This document shows positions 58,850 through 64,000 of a DNA stretch of 64,000 bases, one piece after another (the stretch's first letter is position 1; each line of letters begins with the position of its first letter). Position numbers and translations under genes: made by a program. This stretch comes from Selaginella moellendorffii. Lineage: Eukaryota > Plantae > Lycopodiophyta. Where the stretch lies: contig NW_003314277.1 of assembly GCF_000143415.4 (NCBI RefSeq), positions 2,012,764 to 2,076,763 on the forward strand, read 5' to 3'. The notes under the pieces are model-generated. The model made no database searches, was not told the DNA's origin, and saw nothing but the letters and a program-made list of their open reading frames with translations.

Positions 58850-60950
58850 ATCACTAGGAGATGACTAAAGTAAAGCATAACCCAATAAATGTGGAAACTA
58901 AACCACTTGTGGAGATGGAACCTTTAATCAATTAAGAAGTAGTGGATGAAAAATCCCTACATGAGGAGGATTTCAATGAAAAGACTTCTAAAGGTGAATT
59001 TGGTGGTAAAGTGTGGTTTTCCAAGGCTTGATTGGATACTTTCAAAGAACAATTGGCACAAACCAATGCTCTACTAAAGACCTTTATAAGTAAATTAGAA
59101 TGACAAAAACCTAAATAAAAAACAAAAGACAATAGATGCTAACAATGTAGAAAGTGTAGACCTTTTAGTGAGTACTGAGGCAAAACCGAAAAATGTTGAG
59201 CAAACTAAAATAGAGTTTATCCCACAAAAAATTTATAAGTACAAACCAAAAAGCTTCTACTAGTCTTAAAGGGAGTGGTTGATTATAAAGTAATGGAAGA
59301 TTGGTTATATGATATGCAACTTCTGAATATTACAGTTAAAAACTTTGATAAAAATCCTATTTGCAAAACCATACTTAGTGGATAATGTTAAGTCTTGGTG
59401 AAAAACAAGAAAAGTCAATAAAGGACCAATAGCTACTTAATAAGTGATAAAGGCAAGGATTAGAGTAATTTATATTCCTCCAAATGCTACTTTGTATCTA
59501 AGGGATAAATTGTAAATTGAGGTAGAAAGGAATTATTCAAGAGTATATAAATGCATTCATAGCCAAAAGGATCCTTGCTACAAATATGAGTGACATAGAT
59601 GTGTTCCATAAGTGATGTAACTATAAAGAATTATTGGATGTGGCTTTTAAGATTAAAGTGTATTTTGATGACAACTCATAGTATGAAAAGGGAACTCAAT
59701 TGTGTTTGGATCCACATTTAACAAAGAATCTAAACCAAGAAGGATATATAGAAAGGGGGGATTCAAAAAGAATTTCTTTAAAAATGAGTCTTCAAAGTTT
59801 TAGAAAGGTAAATTTAATAATAAGAAAGTAAGTACATAAGGGAATTAGGTCAAAAAGGACAAACCCACTAATAAATAAACCAAATCCACTAGCAACGTAA
59901 AGAATAATATATATTTCAATTGCAGCAAGTTTAAATACTTTTCGAGAAAATGTCCTTACCCAAATAAAGTTAGGATCAATATAGCTATTAAGTTTGCTGA
60001 AGTCCAAAGTAAAGTATATGATCTAATCACTAGCTTAAAATTATTCATCATACAAACAATTTTGATAGAAAGTCACTTACAACATTAACTATCCTTTTGT
60101 AGGAAGTTTAGAGGTAGATCCTTATATAAGCTCCTGAATTTAGAATTTCTGAGAGGTCACCTAACTCAATACTACTAAAACTTAAGTATCTAAAACCCTT
60201 AACTAATTCAAAAACGGGGTGCATTTTTGTTCATAGGTTCTTTCCCTTTATATTTAAACTCTTATAAATCATTTTTCAAGTCATTTTTTTATTTTATTTT
60301 TTCTTACAATTCATTATGATTTCTATAGCCAACCAACAAAGTCATACCTAAAACTAATAAGTAATATAACTCAATACTACTCAAACTTAAAGATACTTAA
60401 CCTCAAGCATCCCAAGACCCTTAACCAATTAAAAAAAGAGGTGTGTTCTTGTTCATGAAACTTTTCCTTTTATATTTGAACTTTTATAGATTGTCTTTTG
60501 AGTTATTCTTTTTAACTTCTTACATGTTATTGATAGGGATGTTTTAAACAATTTTATGGTTACAAATATAGTTTAGCAAGTTGGACTAATAGTGTAGCAG
60601 TTGGGAGAACTAAGGACTATAAAGTTTGTTTAAGGTAACCAAAGCACCAATGACATGCTTTGACAAACAAGAGTTGAAGTGGGGACATGAAAAGTGAATA
60701 TGGATTTCACCATTTTAGATATGGCAAAATTTAATGTAATCTTTGGGATGAATTGGTTTAATTAATTTATAGTAACTTTACATAAACAATATAAGAACCT
60801 AGTGGTATTGGCAAATACCTATAGAGAATAATCTAGGGTAAAGACTCAAGATTTAAAGATAGAGTGAAATAAATTTAAAAACTCCTACTTGGACCTAGTG
60901 TCCATAAGAAGATAACTCACTAAAGGAATCGAGGTAGCATTTTTGTGTTT
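58850..60950 (+). mobile_element. Highly decayed Ty3/gypsy gag-protease remnant
   Basis: DYKVMEDWLYDM (gag-like, ~59281), LIDRDVLNNF (~60527) and LDMAKFNVIFGMNWF (~60715; DVILGMDWL-like); many stops. Confidence 0.6.
60163..60513. repeat. Two diverged ~130-145-bp direct repeats
   Basis: AACTCAATACTACT.AAACTTAA..CCCTTAAC.AATT.AAAA at ~60163 and ~60368. Confidence 0.75.
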
Positions 60951-62279
60951 AGTTTAAATTAGATAATGATGCTCTTCACTAACATCTAAGTATTCCTAGT
61001 GTCGAATATCACCCTATAAAGCTTGAAGTTGCTAGCACAAATGTGAATTTAGTTGTAGCACATATGGTTTTCACCCTTTTTCCTATAGTGATTTACCATA
61101 AAAATAACCAGAAAGCTAAACTTAAACCCTCCATATGCCATGTGTCTCATGCCACATGCCATATGCCATATGTCCAATGACAATAGAGTAGAACTCAAGT
61201 GTCAGCCACTAAATAAAGGTATAGAGCCAAACTCCTAAGTATGGAGCCAAGAAGTGAAGGAATTGGAAAACGGAATAACTCTTGAACATTCAACCCAAGG
61301 AACGAAGGGATAGGAGCATAAAGTGACATAGGAATAGTCCTAAAGCATCCAACATTTTAATACTAAAACTAACATGTAAAACAGCGCTAAATGGAGTTTG
61401 GTGCTATTTTGGCATAACATAAGGATATAAATACTCCACCAACTAGCATGGTGTGGAACTTGGGGTTAGACCCAAGTTAGACGCAAAATAAGGACAAATA
61501 CACAAACGGGAGTTAAACTAAACTATACCCATTCTACATAATACCATACTATACATTTGGAACCCCTTGCCCCACCCCTAGCAATAGAGTTTGGCACTCT
61601 ACAAAATTCACGTTGATAGTAATTCCATTGTGATTTTCAAAACACCAACTTGTATATGCTAAAATGCATCTGGAGAAGACATGGCATGAATGGGACAAGG
61701 CACAGGCAGCCAATTACAGCGGGTGGCTACATGAGATGGAAGGAGATGGGGATGGTCAAGGAGGGATTAAGGGAGTATCGTAGTTTAGGTCCCATGTTCC
61801 TCATTTAGGCACACATGGATAGTAAACACTTCATATTGGTAACTAAAATCCAATAAGCATGTGGTGTGGCCATTCTCAACTTTGTTATAGTCTAATAAGA
61901 AAGATATGATAAATAAATAAGAGGTAAATATTCAAAAACCAAGTACCTACACAATACCAATTCATCGTCATCCATGCAATTTGTGTGTGACGTGTGTTCA
62001 GAATTGGATGGAATTGTAATTATGGACTGGTCCTGGAGTAGCATAGCCTCAAAGGGGGTAGAGTTAACTAATGGAGCTCATTCCGAACTTAGCTTTCCAA
62101 CTTCTTTAGAAATCTTTTACTCTGGCCAAGTGTAGTGTTCCACAAATCCTCAGCATTTTCTCATTGCAACTTCTGACTGTTTGTACCTTCTACAGAACGA
62201 ACTGAGCGTTAACTAATGTGTTATAAATACATTTAGGCTCAAGGTTAGGGCAACGCTTCAGTATTTTCCAAGTGATTTT

Positions 62280-62847
62280 ATGGTGTTTGCTAGCGCGTGG
62301 TTGAGGCAGCTCGCTCTCTCGGGAAAGAGAGGGAGATCCGTCATCAATGTTCGTGTCCCAAATCCGCACCAGGCAAGAAACTTTCTTTGAGTGGTTTTCT
62401 TAAACAACTCTTGCCAGGCAGAGATCGAATTCGACGATGGGCAGAAATTTCAAATGTCTGCCGAGTACTTGCGAGTCTACAGTCCAGCTGCTGATAGCAA
62501 GAGAAGATCCAAGGTTCGTTTTTTTCTTTCTCTTATATAGTTTCCTCTTTCTCTTGAAAAATCATCGTTTTCCCTTGAAACTCTAGATAGTTTCTGGAAG
62601 GAGGCATGTTGGCATCATGTCAATTGACCCCATTGGAAACTATGCTATCAGGTATCTCAGTTAATTCTTTGTTGGGCGATCTAAAGAATTCTTACATGGT
62701 AGGATCACATTTGATGATCTCCATAACACTGGAATCTACACATGGGACTACCTTGATCACCTCACCCACAGTAAAATCTCGCTCATGAAGCAGTACCTCA
62801 AGTCCTTGAAAGAACTAGGATTAAGTCGTGATCCTCGCAAGACATAA
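62280..62847 (+). CDS. DUF971 / gamma-butyrobetaine hydroxylase-like N-terminal domain protein, four exons
   Basis: EIEFDDG..SAEYLRVYSPAAD, GRRHVGIMSIDPIGNYAIRITFDDLHNTGIYTWDY and GLSRDP. Confidence 0.88.
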
Positions 62848-62889
62848 TTTCGTATAAAAAAGCTTTTGTTTCAAATGATAAAAATGTGA

Positions 62890-64000
62890 ATGACAGAAAA
62901 ACATATCAAAATCAGAGCATCAGATCCAACGAAACAGGCATATGCGTTTCTTCTGGGGCAGTGCAATGGCCCTCGATGCCTCTCTCTTGGCCGGCAGCTC
63001 CACTCACAGATCGCAAGGGACGGCCAGGATGTGTTCCTCTGCAATCTCCTCATCCAGATGTACGGCCGATGTGGCAGCGTTGACGAAGCCCACCTCCTGT
63101 TCCAGAAGATGCCACACCGCAATGTTTTCACCTGGAATATCCTCATTGCGGCATTTGCTGGCAGTGGGAATCTCGACGATGCCAGGAATCTTTTCGAGGG
63201 GATGCCGGAGAGAGATTCCGTGTCGTGGAATACGATGATCTCGGCATATGCCCTCCTCGGGCATCTTGAAAGAGCAAAGAAAATCTTTGACAGAATGCCC
63301 GAGCCGAACGTAATCTCATGGAACTCTTTGGTCACAGCGTACTTCCAGAATGGGGAAATAGAGGAATCTAAGAGAATATTTGATTCGATGCTGGAGAGGA
63401 ACGTGGTATCTTGGAATTGCATGCTCACGGCGTATGTCCAGGAAGGTGACCATTCCGGGGCGGAATGCCTGTTTGATCGGATGCCCGAGCACAACATCAC
63501 GTCGTGGAATCTGATGCTATCGGCCTACTCTTCCGGCGGAATGGTCGACTGGGCAAGAAGCCTCTTTGACAGGATTCCGGAATGGAATCTAGTCTCGTGG
63601 AATATCATGGTAGGAGCATATGCCTTGAATGGGCATCTGCTAGAAGCGAGAAAAATCTTCGATAGGATGAAAGAGAGGAGCGTCGCGACCTGGAATTTGA
63701 TGATCAAGGCATACGTCGCGAGCGATCAGGGCTATGAAGCGCTGCGGCTCTATTGCGCGATGGATCTCGTGGCGGACGAGATCACATTCACGAGCTTGCT
63801 GGATGCGTGCGCGAGTGTCACGGATCGTCCCCAGGGCAAGATTCTCCACGGGGAGGTCGCGAGGCGAGGGCTTCTCTCCGATTCGATCGTCGCGAATGCC
63901 GTGATCGAAATGTACTGCTGCTGTGGCGACCTTGATGCCGCGGCGGCGATCTTCGTGGCGATGCCGGAGCGCACGATCGTGTCCTGGACGGAGCTCGTCG
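62890..64000 (+). CDS. PLS-class PPR protein (runs off the window end)
   Basis: Open frame with NLLIQMYGRCGSVDEA..FQKMPHRNVFTWN..MPERDSVSWNTMISAY repeats. Confidence 0.9.
   Translation, partial: MTEKHIKIRASDPTKQAYAFLLGQCNGPRCLSLGRQLHSQIARDGQDVFLCNLLIQMYGRCGSVDEAHLLFQKMPHRNVFTWNILIAAFAGSGNLDDARNLFEGMPERDSVSWNTMISAYALLGHLERAKKIFDRMPEPNVISWNSLVTAYFQNGEIEESKRIFDSMLERNVVSWNCMLTAYVQEGDHSGAECLFDRMPEHNITSWNLMLSAYSSGGMVDWARSLFDRIPEWNLVSWNIMVGAYALNGHLLEARKIFDRMKERSVATWNLMIKAYVASDQGYEALRLYCAMDLVADEITFTSLLDACASVTDRPQGKILHGEVARRGLLSDSIVANAVIEMYCCCGDLDAAAAIFVAMPERTIVSWTELV

Overview
This is gene-dense plant nuclear DNA. The 45-75 nt introns, expanded PLS-class PPR genes and an XIP aquaporin suggest a lycophyte such as Selaginella (inference). 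Left flank (1-12 kb): decayed, AT-rich mobile DNA. Manual translation across stops and introns shows a Mutator/MULE-type transposase relic (-), a ParB/Srx-like domain gene (-) and an intron-containing gene ending in a prokaryotic-type beta-class N4/N6 DNA amino-methyltransferase fold (+), plus a truncated paralog of that gene. This transposase + ParB-like + amino-MTase arrangement is the most interesting signal, and the ORF track misses it. Middle (12-53 kb): three PPR genes, XIP aquaporin, tRNA-Glu, a decaying germin-like cluster, group-3 LEA, DUF538, ALS3/STAR2-like, YODA-like MAPKKK, NDUFA6, PUS10, ATI-like, ALBA, FAF-like, SDH6 and ARFRP1. A 3.9-kb near-identical duplication across a 100-N gap is probably an assembly artefact. 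Right flank (53-62 kb): Ty3/gypsy debris with two related short-LTR non-autonomous elements, then a DUF971 gene and a partial PPR gene. All family calls come from motif recognition by eye; no searches were run.
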